Assembly (NCBI GenBank): GCA_036343635.1
Contig: JAYYVF010000066.1
Coordinates: forward strand, 6,173-70,172
DNA from: Candidatus Latescibacterota bacterium
GTDB lineage: Bacteria > Latescibacterota > UBA2968 > UBA8231
Length of the DNA stretch: 64,000 bases
Reading direction: 5' to 3'
Under the pieces are notes generated by a model. That model made no database searches and was not told the origin of the DNA. It was given only the letters and a program-made list of their open reading frames with translations. Below are positions 1 through 9,761 of the stretch, piece by piece. Made by a program: the position numbers and the translations under genes. Numbering within the stretch: position 1 is the first letter of the stretch; each line of letters opens with the position of its first letter.

Positions 1-836
1 AAGGGAAGATTTATTTCTGTCTGTGTCGAAGATGATAGTTCACATTTAGCTTTTTCGGCAGCTTCCTTGAGTCTTTGAAGTGCCATCGGATCGTTTCTTA
101 GATCTACGCTCTCATTGTTTTTGAAATCTTCGGCCAGCCAGTTGATTATTTGTGTGTCGAAATCATCTCCCCCTAGGTGTGTATCCCCATTGGTTGATTT
201 TACCTCAAAAACACCATCTCCCAGTTCTAAAATAGAAATGTCGAACGTACCGCCGCCTAAATCATAAACAGCAATTTTCTCATTTTTACCGGATTTATCT
301 AAACCGTAAGCTAGCGCTGCAGCTGTAGGTTCGTTTACTATGCGCAGTACCTCTAAGCCTGCAATAGTGCCCGCGTCTTTTGTCGCTTGTCGCTGGGAGT
401 CATTAAAATAGGCAGGTACCGTTATGACTGCTTTATCTACACTTTCTCCAAGAAAATCTTCTGCGGTTTGTTTCATTTTCTGTAAAATCATCGCAGAAAT
501 TTCAGGGGGTGTGTGTTCAGCGTCATCAACTTTTATTACTGCTTGATCTTTGTTTCCGGCTTCAACTGTGTAGGGTATATCACCTATCTCGTTTTTTACT
601 TCATCAAAGCGACGGCCCATATATCTTTTAACAGAAGAAATTGTTTTTGTCGGGTTTGTGACTGCCTGGCGTTTAGCTGTTTGACCGACTAATCGCTCGT
701 CATCTTTTGCGAAAGCCACCATTGATGGGGTGGTGCGTCCTCCCTCGGCGTTGGTAATTACTTCTGATTCACCGCCATCCATTACAGCGACGCAGGAATT
801 GGTTGTTCCAAGGTCGATCCCGATTACTTTTCCCAT
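1..836 (-). CDS. dnaK: Chaperone DnaK (Hsp70), N-terminal part, truncated by the window edge
   Basis: Not in the ORF track. The reverse strand reads [38 protein letters not shown]...[21 protein letters not shown]...[14 protein letters not shown]. Confidence 0.98.
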   Translation of the reverse strand, partial: MGKVIGIDLGTTNSCVAVMDGGESEVITNAEGGRTTPSMVAFAKDDERLVGQTAKRQAVTNPTKTISSVKRYMGRRFDEVKNEIGDIPYTVEAGNKDQAVIKVDDAEHTPPEISAMILQKMKQTAEDFLGESVDKAVITVPAYFNDSQRQATKDAGTIAGLEVLRIVNEPTAAALAYGLDKSGKNEKIAVYDLGGGTFDISILELGDGVFEVKSTNGDTHLGGDDFDTQIINWLAEDFKNNESVDLRNDPMALQRLKEAAEKAKCELSSSTQTEINLP

Positions 837-907
837 TGTGAAGCTTTTCCCTTTCGGTTGGTTACCTAAATTCTGGAATGATCTGGTTAAGTTTTTAATA
901 AGGTCTC

Positions 908-922
908 GCAAAGATTGTACCT
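908..922 (-). promoter_or_regulatory. Putative sigma54 (-24/-12) promoter of dnaK
   Basis: Minus strand AGGTACAATCTTTGC has GG-N10-GC spacing, close to the consensus TGGCAC-N5-TTGC, about 70 nt upstream of the ATG. Confidence 0.55.
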
Positions 923-1125
923 AAACTACAAGATAAAAAAAATAAGTTATAACTGGTTGTTAATAATATATTTGATTATCCTGATTATTGGATAATATAC
1001 GATAGTAGTCTGCCAACAATTCTTAATAATATGACATAATGACATGTTTTTTTTATAATGGCACGTGGCATAGGTTGACATTATTGCTATCAAGATACAG
1101 TTTTTGATTCTACGAGGGGATTAAA

Positions 1126-3120
1126 ATGGACAAATTCAAGTTGGTTGCCGGTTATGAACCCGGGGGTGATCAGCCTCGGGCAATTCAGGAGCTAATAGAG
1201 GGGATAAGTCGTGGCCAACAGCACCAAACTTTGTTAGGGGTAACCGGAAGCGGTAAGACTTTTACGATGGCTAATGTCATTGAAAAACAACAGATGCCAG
1301 CTTTGGTAATCTCTCATAACAAAACATTAGCAGCGCAATTATATGGTGAGATAAAAGGTTTTTTCCCAGAAAATGCCGTCGAATATTTCGTCAGTTATTA
1401 CGATTACTATCAACCTGAGGCGTACAAGCCAAGTACTGATACATACATAGAGAAGGAAGTTCTACTTAACGAAGAGATTGATAGGCTGCGTTTAAAGGCC
1501 CTTTCAGCCCTCCTGACGCGGCGGGATGTCGTCATAGTTGCGACTGTCTCGTGTATATACGGTATCGGTGCGCCGAAAGATTATGATCGAAATAAATTTT
1601 CTTTTAACTGCGGTGATGTAATTGAGAGGGATGAGATTCTGCGTCGCTTGATTGATATTTATTATAGACGTAACGACATAGAATTACAGCGTGGTTGTTT
1701 TCGAGTTCGTGGTGATGTGATTGAAATTGTACCCGCGTCGGAGGAAACAGCCGTTAGGATTGAGCTTTTTGGTGATGAAATAGACGCAATAACTATAGTT
1801 GATACTTTAACGGGCGAAGTTCTGCAAAAACGCGATGAGATGGCTCTTTTCCCTGCTAAAGCATATGTGACGGGTGATGAACAGGTTGAAGCGGCATGTC
1901 ACGGCATTCTTGAGGAATTGGAGCATAGATTACTCGATTTACAGGAAAATGACAAATTGGTCGAGGCCCACCGCTTGGAAAAGAGAACCAAATATGATGT
2001 CGAGATGATTCGTGAAATGGGGTTTTGCCCTGGGATCGAAAACTATACCAGATATATGGATGGACGTGAAGCCGGATCTCAACCTTGGACACTCATGGAT
2101 TATTTTCCTGAAGACTATTTGCTTTTTATCGATGAGTCCCATGTTACAATACCTCAAGTAAGAGGCATGTACGGAGGTGATCGTTCCAGAAAAGAGAATC
2201 TTGTGGAGCATGGGTTTCGCTTGCCTTCTGCATTCGATAATCGTCCTTTAGTTTTTGAAGAATTCGAAAATCAGATGGGCTGGACTGTATTTGTTTCTGC
2301 AACTCCGCGTGATTATGAGTTAGGTAGTTGTGGTGGGGTTTATGTCGAGCAAATTATCCGACCCACAGGTTTGATTGATCCGCAGATTGACGTACGACCT
2401 CTTACTGGTCAAATAGATAATCTACTGGAAGAAATCAGGGTGCGTTCGGAGCGAAAGGAACGTGTCTTGGTTACCACTTTGACGAAGCGAATGGCCGAAA
2501 ACCTGACCGACTATTTAGACCAAATGGAAGTTCGTGTGCGTTATTTGCATTCTGAGATAGATACTCTTGAAAGGGTTGAAATTATACGCGATTTGCGTTT
2601 GGGCGTTTTTGACGTTTTGGTTGGTATTAATCTTCTTCGAGAAGGACTGGATCTTCCGGAAGTTTCGCTTGTTGCTATTCTTGATGCAGATAAAGAGGGT
2701 TTTCTGCGTTCCGAACAGGCGTTGATCCAGACCATTGGAAGGGCGGCACGTAATGCTGATGGATATGTGATTTTTTATGCAGACAAAGTGACTAATTCGA
2801 TGCAGCGAGCCATCGATGAAACTGATCGCAGGCGATCAAAACAAGTGAAATACAATAAGCAAAATGGGATTGTCCCTCAGACGGTTTTTCGAAGTAGAGA
2901 AGATATATTACAGGCTGCATCGGTATTGGAAAGTGTTAGGGTGGGTAGCGAAAAAACTGTGTCGGAGATTCAGGAAGAGAATATTACTCTTAGGACGGAA
3001 GACACCACAGAACTGCTTGCTGACCTTGAGAAGAAAATGCGCCTTGCGGCTGGAAAGTTAGATTTTGAAAAGGCTGCTTTTTTGAGAGACGAAATTGCCA
3101 GGGTAAAAGAGGAAGGCTGA
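1126..3120 (+). CDS. uvrB: Excinuclease ABC subunit B
   Basis: GVTGSGKT Walker [15 protein letters not shown] beta-hairpin, DESH, and a C-terminal UVR domain. Confidence 0.98.
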   Translation: MDKFKLVAGYEPGGDQPRAIQELIEGISRGQQHQTLLGVTGSGKTFTMANVIEKQQMPALVISHNKTLAAQLYGEIKGFFPENAVEYFVSYYDYYQPEAYKPSTDTYIEKEVLLNEEIDRLRLKALSALLTRRDVVIVATVSCIYGIGAPKDYDRNKFSFNCGDVIERDEILRRLIDIYYRRNDIELQRGCFRVRGDVIEIVPASEETAVRIELFGDEIDAITIVDTLTGEVLQKRDEMALFPAKAYVTGDEQVEAACHGILEELEHRLLDLQENDKLVEAHRLEKRTKYDVEMIREMGFCPGIENYTRYMDGREAGSQPWTLMDYFPEDYLLFIDESHVTIPQVRGMYGGDRSRKENLVEHGFRLPSAFDNRPLVFEEFENQMGWTVFVSATPRDYELGSCGGVYVEQIIRPTGLIDPQIDVRPLTGQIDNLLEEIRVRSERKERVLVTTLTKRMAENLTDYLDQMEVRVRYLHSEIDTLERVEIIRDLRLGVFDVLVGINLLREGLDLPEVSLVAILDADKEGFLRSEQALIQTIGRAARNADGYVIFYADKVTNSMQRAIDETDRRRSKQVKYNKQNGIVPQTVFRSREDILQAASVLESVRVGSEKTVSEIQEENITLRTEDTTELLADLEKKMRLAAGKLDFEKAAFLRDEIARVKEEG

Positions 3121-3121
3121 G

Positions 3122-4273
3122 TTAGTCGGCGGGTATTAAACGCACGATTCGTCCCGGATTTTCTAATGCTACATAAATCAATCCATCGGGACCGGTTTCT
3201 ATATCCCGTGTGCGACCTAGTTCCATCAGAATTTCTTCTTCAAGAACAACACCCTTGTTTATATGCAAGCGGTATAGGCGTCCAAATCTTAGTGATGAGA
3301 CCAATAGATGATTTTCCCACTTTGGGAAACGAATATTATCGTAAAAGTCAATACCGCAAACCCCAATTGAAGGAATCCAGAAATGGTTGGGCTGCATCAT
3401 GCCTTCCGCGTGAGTTTCTTCGCTGATTATGCTACCATTGTAGTTGATGCCGTATGTGACGATAGGCCAGCCAAAATTTTCTCCACGCTTAATTAGGTTT
3501 AATTCGTCTCCGCCCCGCGGACCGTGCTCTGTAGACCAGAGAAGGCCCGTCTTAGGATCAAGAGCCAATCCTTGAGGATTTCTGTGTCCCCAGGACCAAA
3601 TTGAGGGTAGTGCGTTTTCTTGTCCCAGATAAGGGTTGTCAGGAGGTACTGTGCCGTCGTCCAATAGTCTATGTATTTTCCCATTCGCGGTATTTAGATT
3701 TTGAGCTTCTGGACGTTGACCTCGATCGCCAATAGAAAAAAACATGTAATTATTTTGGTCAAATAGTATTCTAGATCCGTAGTGTTGATTGTGCTGCGAA
3801 AAATCTTTTATGGGAGCTCGATAAATAAGTTCTAAACTTTGAAAACTGTTAGCGACGATTTTCCCTCGAGCAATAGTGGTAAAACTGTTACCATCGCTAA
3901 GAGCTTGAGAATAGGATAGGTATATCCAAGCATTCTCCTGGTAGTTTGGATGAAGAGCTACGTCAAGTAAACCGCCTTGGCCTTCGGCTCGAACCGCTGG
4001 CATGCCTTTAATCGGTTCCGATGTCTTGCCGGTTTGGTCTACTATGCGTAAGCGGCCCTTACGCTCCGTGACAAGGAGACGTCCGTCAGGAAGAAATGCC
4101 ATACCCCAAGGGATTCCAGGAATATCTGCAAAATTCTGTATTTGAAAAACATGATGTTTTGACTCGAGTTGTTCTAAAGTTTCAGCGGATATATTTGAAC
4201 AAAATAGGGGACCCCGAAGCAAGGCGGTGGTCAAAACGAAAATCAATTGTAAAAACCAAATCGTTTTCAACAT
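3122..4273 (-). CDS. PQQ-dependent glucose/sorbosone (aldose sugar) dehydrogenase, secreted
   Basis: Signal peptide; motifs PWGMAFLPDG, GQGGLLDVALHP, GHRNPQG, EHGPRGGDELN. Confidence 0.9.
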   Translation of the reverse strand: MLKTIWFLQLIFVLTTALLRGPLFCSNISAETLEQLESKHHVFQIQNFADIPGIPWGMAFLPDGRLLVTERKGRLRIVDQTGKTSEPIKGMPAVRAEGQGGLLDVALHPNYQENAWIYLSYSQALSDGNSFTTIARGKIVANSFQSLELIYRAPIKDFSQHNQHYGSRILFDQNNYMFFSIGDRGQRPEAQNLNTANGKIHRLLDDGTVPPDNPYLGQENALPSIWSWGHRNPQGLALDPKTGLLWSTEHGPRGGDELNLIKRGENFGWPIVTYGINYNGSIISEETHAEGMMQPNHFWIPSIGVCGIDFYDNIRFPKWENHLLVSSLRFGRLYRLHINKGVVLEEEILMELGRTRDIETGPDGLIYVALENPGRIVRLIPAD

Positions 4274-4414
4274 AATTCGACTTATCTCACACTTTGGTTC
4301 AATAGTTAGAGGTTAAAGATCTGGCCAATAGCCGAGCTTTAAGAAAAACAGGTCATAGAAGATTAAATGATATCAATAATTGTTATAATTCCGAGACGAA
4401 AACAAGTATATGAC

Positions 4415-5101
4415 TCAAAAGGTTCTGGCTGCCCGGCGACTGACCATCTTTATTCGGGCAACCAATTCATCTATGTCAAATGGTTTTTCCACGTAATCAT
4501 CTGCTCCGCATTCGATGGCATTGATTTTTTCAGCTTTTGTGTTCAATTGAGTAATGATAATAATTGGGATAGGCTCTGTCGTTGAGTTACCCTTCAGTGT
4601 CTTGCACACCTGGTATCCATCGATTTTTGGGAGTTGAAGATCAAGAAGTATTAATTGAGGATTATATGTAAAAGCTTTTGCTATAGTTTCTTCGCCATCA
4701 GTCGTTTCGCATACGGAGTAATTAAGATCTTCCAGATGTCTGGCTACAGTAGATCTTATCTGTGGCTCGTTGTCTGCGAGTAATATTTTTAGCTGTATTT
4801 CCTGATCTTGTTGAATTGTTAAATCTGAGGATAGACCAACAGCCACGTCCTTATTTTTTTCCGTTTTTCGCACAAAATCTATTTCATCGGCAATCTGAGA
4901 GAGAGAAAGGCCTTTTAGGCGGAGTTCCTTGAGTTGAATTCGAATATTCAATATTTCAGAGCGATCAAAGAGGTCTTTGTTTCCATTTTTGTCCGAAACT
5001 CGGATAATGCCAAAGTTCTTATATTTTCTTATGGACTCAACGGATTTTCCAAAAGCGTTTGCAACTTCCTGTATATCAATCAATTTTTCATTAGTTAACA
5101 T
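4415..5101 (-). CDS. MerR-type HTH plus C-terminal receiver-domain response regulator
   Basis: N-terminal IQEVANAFGKSVESIRKY HTH; C-terminal KILLADNE...LILLDLQLP...GADDYVEKPF. ATG at 5101 follows a G-rich RBS. Confidence 0.85.
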   Translation of the reverse strand: MLTNEKLIDIQEVANAFGKSVESIRKYKNFGIIRVSDKNGNKDLFDRSEILNIRIQLKELRLKGLSLSQIADEIDFVRKTEKNKDVAVGLSSDLTIQQDQEIQLKILLADNEPQIRSTVARHLEDLNYSVCETTDGEETIAKAFTYNPQLILLDLQLPKIDGYQVCKTLKGNSTTEPIPIIIITQLNTKAEKINAIECGADDYVEKPFDIDELVARIKMVSRRAARTF

Positions 5102-5233
5102 TTTGCACCCCCCCAAGGCCAGTTGTCCGGTATCAATCTGCGTGCAAGTATTCGGCTAAATGGTCGTCCTGCTCACGGCTTGAATAATACCAAGTAGTAA
5201 TGTATAGAGTCAAGTAGTTATCTCTATACTTAC

Positions 5234-5260
5234 TTATCGGTTGTTTTATGTTTAGGTTTA
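5234..5260 (-). promoter_or_regulatory. Putative sigma28 (FliA/SigD)-type promoter
   Basis: Minus strand TAAA-N15-ACCGATAA versus consensus TAAA-N15-GCCGATAA. Confidence 0.45.
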
Positions 5261-5328
5261 ATTTTGGTTACATGAATATAGGAACTTTACGTAAATGTTT
5301 TGGCGGCTGCATCTTTGGCCAAGGGAAG

Positions 5329-5357
5329 TTGACTAAAAGTGCCAGTCGCATTAGATT
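5329..5357 (+). promoter_or_regulatory. Putative sigma70 promoter of the ABC ATPase
   Basis: TTGACT-N17-TAGATT. Confidence 0.5.
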
Positions 5358-5433
5358 GAACCCGGTCAAAAAATTCAATCCATGCGTCAGTATGTTATCC
5401 AAGCGCGATTAGATTGCGAAGGGTGTTTTTGAG

Positions 5434-6186
5434 ATGTCTGAGAGTGGAGGTAATGTTATAGTCGATGTGCAAGGTGTAGAGATGGTCTACAACGGAAATA
5501 ACCGTGATGAGTCGACGCATGTGCATGCTTTGCGTGGGCTGTCTGTTGAGGTGTTCAACAACGAATTTTTTGCGATAATGGGGCCTTCGGGTTCCGGTAA
5601 AAGTACTCTGTTTAATATGATTGGGGCGCTCCAAACGCCTACGGGCGGTGAGGTTAAGATTGATGGGGTGAATCTTGCATCTTTAACTCCTCAGCAATTA
5701 GCCGCGGTACGTTGTTTCGAATTGGGCTATATTTTCCAGACTTACAATCTATTACCTGTAATGAGTGCATTAATGAATGTTGCTTTACCTACTGTATTTG
5801 CTGGAATGAGTACTCAGGAAGGTGAAAAGCGCGCAATGGAATGCCTTGAAATAGTTGGTCTAGGCGACCGGGCTCACCATATACCTTCGGAATTGTCGGG
5901 CGGACAACAACAGCGGGTGGCGATTGCTCGAGCCTTTGTTAATAGACCTCGCATTATACTCGCTGATGAGCCGACCGGAAATCTTGATAGTAACACGGGC
6001 CAAGAGATTATCAATTATATGAAGAATTTACAAAATGAAATGGGTACCACAATTATCACGGTAACTCATGATGATAAAATGCTTACCGCTGCTGATCGTA
6101 TGGCTTGGATTCGAGACGGCCGATTAGAGCGTGTGGCGGATCGCGAAGAGATAGATATACAAGTTGGAAGTATTCGGGAAAACTGA
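5434..6186 (+). CDS. ABC transporter ATP-binding protein (LolD/MacB/FtsE-like)
   Basis: [34 protein letters not shown]. Confidence 0.93.
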   Translation: MSESGGNVIVDVQGVEMVYNGNNRDESTHVHALRGLSVEVFNNEFFAIMGPSGSGKSTLFNMIGALQTPTGGEVKIDGVNLASLTPQQLAAVRCFELGYIFQTYNLLPVMSALMNVALPTVFAGMSTQEGEKRAMECLEIVGLGDRAHHIPSELSGGQQQRVAIARAFVNRPRIILADEPTGNLDSNTGQEIINYMKNLQNEMGTTIITVTHDDKMLTAADRMAWIRDGRLERVADREEIDIQVGSIREN

Positions 6187-7110
6187 TTATTCGTTTTGGT
6201 CCTTTTTACGTAGGCCCTCCTGTAAAAAAAGATCGCGATGAATGAAACCACTGTTTAGAGTAAAACCACCGTCCACAGCGATTAACTGTCCTGTCATATA
6301 AGGTATATTGCAGAAGTAGTAAGCGGCACGAGCGACCTCATCGGGTGTGCCAATTCGTTGGATAGGTTGTGCTCCTCCTTCTGCCATAATTCCATAGGTT
6401 TCAGCAACCGTATATTCATGGCCATCGGAAGGATCATAAATGCCCGAAGGTCTGGACGTAAGGGGAGTATCAACTACTCCGGGTCTGAGGCCATTGACTG
6501 TAATGTTGTGCGGACCGCCTTCCAAAGCAGCACCCAGTACCGCATGGTTTATGCCCGACTTACTGACACCGTAGGGTATTCTTGTTGCCTCGGGAGCAAC
6601 GTCAGATATTGAAGTTACGAAAAGTATACTTCGGTGAGATACTATTTGTTCTAATTTACGCTCTTTCTCTGCTTGCTCTATCATGACGGATAAAGCATTT
6701 TGGCCCAGCCTGTATGAACCGAGCAGGTTAAGCGAAAGTACTCGTTGCATTTCTTTTTCAAGATGAGCCGGCGGTGCATCCTGAAAGCGGAATCGAATCA
6801 GATTTCCATTTTCATCTTTTACATAATTGGCAACACCACTATTGCTAACACAGACGTCGAGCCTGCCGAAATGTGCGTAAGATTGTTTGACTATATTTGA
6901 AGCGGCCTCTGGATCGGATAAATCAGCCTGAATAACGAGAGTTTCGATATTGTGATTTTTTCGTGCTTTTGCTGCAATGGCTTCGGCGCGTTCCTGCCCT
7001 GAATTGTAATTCACTACAATGTTAAAACCTTGAGAAGCGAAGTATATTGCTATCTCAGCACCTATTCCACTGCTTGAACCACTTACTAGGCAAACGCCGT
7101 TGGCGGACAA
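6187..7110 (-). CDS. Short-chain dehydrogenase/reductase (SDR)
   Basis: SGSSSGIG Rossmann motif, YGVSK catalytic motif, TGQLIAVDGG. Confidence 0.9.
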   Translation of the reverse strand: MSANGVCLVSGSSSGIGAEIAIYFASQGFNIVVNYNSGQERAEAIAAKARKNHNIETLVIQADLSDPEAASNIVKQSYAHFGRLDVCVSNSGVANYVKDENGNLIRFRFQDAPPAHLEKEMQRVLSLNLLGSYRLGQNALSVMIEQAEKERKLEQIVSHRSILFVTSISDVAPEATRIPYGVSKSGINHAVLGAALEGGPHNITVNGLRPGVVDTPLTSRPSGIYDPSDGHEYTVAETYGIMAEGGAQPIQRIGTPDEVARAAYYFCNIPYMTGQLIAVDGGFTLNSGFIHRDLFLQEGLRKKDQNE

Positions 7111-8100
7111 CTATAAACCTCGTTGCTGCCGGACAGCGTTAACGATGCCATCAACGTTGGGTATTGTGGGTAGTTCAAGAGGTGGGCTGAAAGGTATTGG
7201 AAGGTCTGCAGCTCCGATTCGCATTACCGGTGCATCCAAATAATCGAACGCCAGTTCTCCGATACGAGCTGCAATTTCCGCGGTGGCTCCGTACCCTTTG
7301 GGAGCTTCATCGATGACGATGGCATAACCGGTTTTGTGAACAGAGGCAAGGATTGTCTCTTCGTCTAGCGGAACCAATGTCCTGGGGTCAACGACTTCAG
7401 CACTTAGAGAAAATTCTTTCTGGAGTATTTCTGCTGCTTGCATCGCAAGTGAGACCATACTTGAAGTAGCAACGAGCGTAACGTCAGACCCTGTTTTTTT
7501 TATTTCGGCTTGTCCAAAGGGAAGAATAAAATCTTCTTCATCAGGGACGGCCCCTTTGTCGTTATACATCATTTTATCTTCAAAAAACAAAACAGGATTG
7601 TCATCCCGGATGGCAGTCTTAAGCAAACCTTTGGCATCACGCGGAGTTGCCGGAATGGCGACCTTCAAACCCGGTATGTGGGCAAATATAGCTTGAAGAC
7701 TTTGTGAGTGTTGTGCTGCCGACGAACGCCCGGCACCCATTGAGAGCCTGATCGTGATAGGAACTTTGCACTGCCCGCCAGTCATGTAGCGTATTTTGGC
7801 GGCCTGATTCACGATTTGATCCATCGCCAGCAACGCAAAATCACCAAACATCAATTCGGCGATAGGGCGCATTTCTGTCATAGCAGCACCAACGCTTAGC
7901 CCGATGTAACCCGCTTCGGCTATCGGTGCGTCAATCACTCTGTTGGGACCAAATTCTTCAAAAAGTCCTTCGCAGCATTTGAAAATACCACCGGAGGGCC
8001 CGACATCTTCGCCGATTAGAAACACAGAGTCGTCGTTACGCATTTCTTCACTCATTGCTGCAGCTATGGCTTCCCGGAAGAGCATGTCTTGTTCAGGCAT
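7111..8100 (-). CDS. TPP-dependent 2-oxoacid/acetoin dehydrogenase E1 beta subunit
   Basis: GEDVG, RVIDAPIAE, QHSQSL, VVDPRTLVPLD. Probable start MPEQD overlaps the alpha-subunit stop (ATGCCTGA). Confidence 0.92.
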   Translation of the reverse strand: MPEQDMLFREAIAAAMSEEMRNDDSVFLIGEDVGPSGGIFKCCEGLFEEFGPNRVIDAPIAEAGYIGLSVGAAMTEMRPIAELMFGDFALLAMDQIVNQAAKIRYMTGGQCKVPITIRLSMGAGRSSAAQHSQSLQAIFAHIPGLKVAIPATPRDAKGLLKTAIRDDNPVLFFEDKMMYNDKGAVPDEEDFILPFGQAEIKKTGSDVTLVATSSMVSLAMQAAEILQKEFSLSAEVVDPRTLVPLDEETILASVHKTGYAIVIDEAPKGYGATAEIAARIGELAFDYLDAPVMRIGAADLPIPFSPPLELPTIPNVDGIVNAVRQQRGL

Positions 8101-9220
8101 AAAGGTCCTCATAGGCTTGGTCTGCTGAGGGGAAAGGTGCATGTTCCCCAAATTCAATGGCGGCTAAAACCTCTTTTTTGACTTGTTCATATATAGCATC
8201 TAGTTCCTCTTGGGTCGCAATCTTTTCTTTGACCATCGTAATTCCGAGCTTTTCTATAGGATCTTTATTATCGCGATACCAATCGGATTCTTCCCGTGTA
8301 CGATATGTTTGAGCATCGCCAACATGATGTCCATGGTATCTGTAGGTATTAGCCTCAATTAAAGTCGGACCTTGTCCGCCTTGGGCGCGTTTTATAGCAC
8401 TCTGGGTTACGTGGTGCATCTCAAAGACGTCTTGGCCATCGACGGATACACCCTCTAATCCGATACCATCTGCCCGTTTAACAATTGTTTCTACGCCGGT
8501 GATATCTTCGAAGGGAGTATGTTCTCCATATTGATTGTTTTCGCAAATATAAATTGCAGGTAAATTCCATGCTGCTGCCATATTCATGGTTTCTAGCATG
8601 ATACCTTGGTTAGCAGCACCATCTCCGAAAAAACAAACGGAAACCTGATTTGTTTGACGCAATTTTGCTGAAAGAGCTGCTCCCGTAGCAATTCCAAAAC
8701 CGCCTCCAACTATTCCGTTTGCACCAAGAATTCCGACCGACATATCCGCAATGTGCATGGACCCGCCTTTACCACGACAGTATCCAGATTCCTTTCCCAT
8801 GATTTCGGCCATCATACGATTGAGTTCACCGCCTTTTGCAAGGCAATGTCCATGACCGCGATGAGTACTTGTTATGTAATCTTCATCTCGGAGTGCACTG
8901 CAAACACCAACGGCTACAGCTTCTTCTCCTATGTAAAGGTGCGCCAGGCCCGGCATCAGGCCTCTGGTATAAACATCCCACACATGTTCCTCAAACAATC
9001 GGATTTCGCACATCTTTCGATACATAGACCATATTAAATCTTCGGATGGATAAGGCTTGCTGAGTAGTTTTGCCTTAGATGACATTTTTTTACGTTGCCA
9101 TTGCTTCTTGGATAGTTTTTTGGGGAGAGACTCTTTTGAGAGCAGTTTCGTCGTTTCGGCATGCTCTTTACCAGCAGTGGTCAAACCGGTCTGCCCCCTT
9201 TTAGATTTGGTCTTAGCCAT
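8093..9220 (-). CDS. TPP-dependent 2-oxoacid/acetoin dehydrogenase E1 alpha subunit
   Basis: HLYIGEEA, STHRGHGH, GKGGSMH, FGDGAANQG...CENNQY TPP motif. Start is uncertain. Confidence 0.92.
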   Translation of the reverse strand: MAKTKSKRGQTGLTTAGKEHAETTKLLSKESLPKKLSKKQWQRKKMSSKAKLLSKPYPSEDLIWSMYRKMCEIRLFEEHVWDVYTRGLMPGLAHLYIGEEAVAVGVCSALRDEDYITSTHRGHGHCLAKGGELNRMMAEIMGKESGYCRGKGGSMHIADMSVGILGANGIVGGGFGIATGAALSAKLRQTNQVSVCFFGDGAANQGIMLETMNMAAAWNLPAIYICENNQYGEHTPFEDITGVETIVKRADGIGLEGVSVDGQDVFEMHHVTQSAIKRAQGGQGPTLIEANTYRYHGHHVGDAQTYRTREESDWYRDNKDPIEKLGITMVKEKIATQEELDAIYEQVKKEVLAAIEFGEHAPFPSADQAYEDLYA

Positions 9221-9292
9221 CTTTTTCAGTCCGTAGTCGTTCGTTCGAGTTAATTGACAATAACTGCGCTGGATATTCAGGAGTCAAGCATG

Positions 9293-9324
9293 AAAAGCCG
9301 AGACGATGATGACGTCCCGGCTTT
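9293..9324 (-). terminator. Intrinsic terminator after the ferredoxin gene
   Basis: Minus strand GCCGGGACG-loop-CGTCTCGGC followed by TTTT. Confidence 0.7.
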
Positions 9325-9357
9325 CCATAGACAGTGCTAATAAATAAATGCTTTTAA

Positions 9358-9669
9358 TTATTTCTTTTCAAAGTGTGCGCTATTTTCAGATTTCCATTCT
9401 GCCCATTCATCTGCATTTTCGCGAAGTTCAAAATATTTTGTATTTACCTCAATGAATTGGGTCTGATCTTCTGGGATGTCATCTTCAGCAAAGATCGCTT
9501 CAACGGGACATTCCGGTTCGCAGGCACCGCAATCAATACATTCTTCAGGGTCAATATAAAGCATCGGTTCTTGTTCGCCATCCCCGGGATGAATACAATC
9601 GACGGGGCATACTTCGACGCACGCTTTGTCTTTTACATCAATGCAGGTTTCTGTTATGTAGTATGACAT
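9358..9669 (-). CDS. fdxA: 7Fe ([3Fe-4S]/[4Fe-4S]) ferredoxin
   Basis: CIDVKDKACVEVCPVDCI...CIDCGACEPECP. Confidence 0.9.
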   Translation of the reverse strand: MSYYITETCIDVKDKACVEVCPVDCIHPGDGEQEPMLYIDPEECIDCGACEPECPVEAIFAEDDIPEDQTQFIEVNTKYFELRENADEWAEWKSENSAHFEKK

Positions 9670-9761
9670 ATTTTTAAAATCCTCACTTATAAGTGTAACT
9701 TTAAGGATAAGGGGATAGAAATTGAAAATACGTAGAGCACTAATTTTGTCAATAATTCAAC

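Noticed and set aside
730-924. 64-aa plus-strand ORF, and the many other short ORFs nested in or antisense to long genes
   Set aside because: This one is the antisense shadow of dnaK. The others have no recognisable motifs and lie within well-supported genes.
837-1125. CIRCE element upstream of dnaK
   Set aside because: TTAGCACTC-N9-GAGTGCTAA is not present. Partial half-sites elsewhere (about 19938 and 39549) lack partners.
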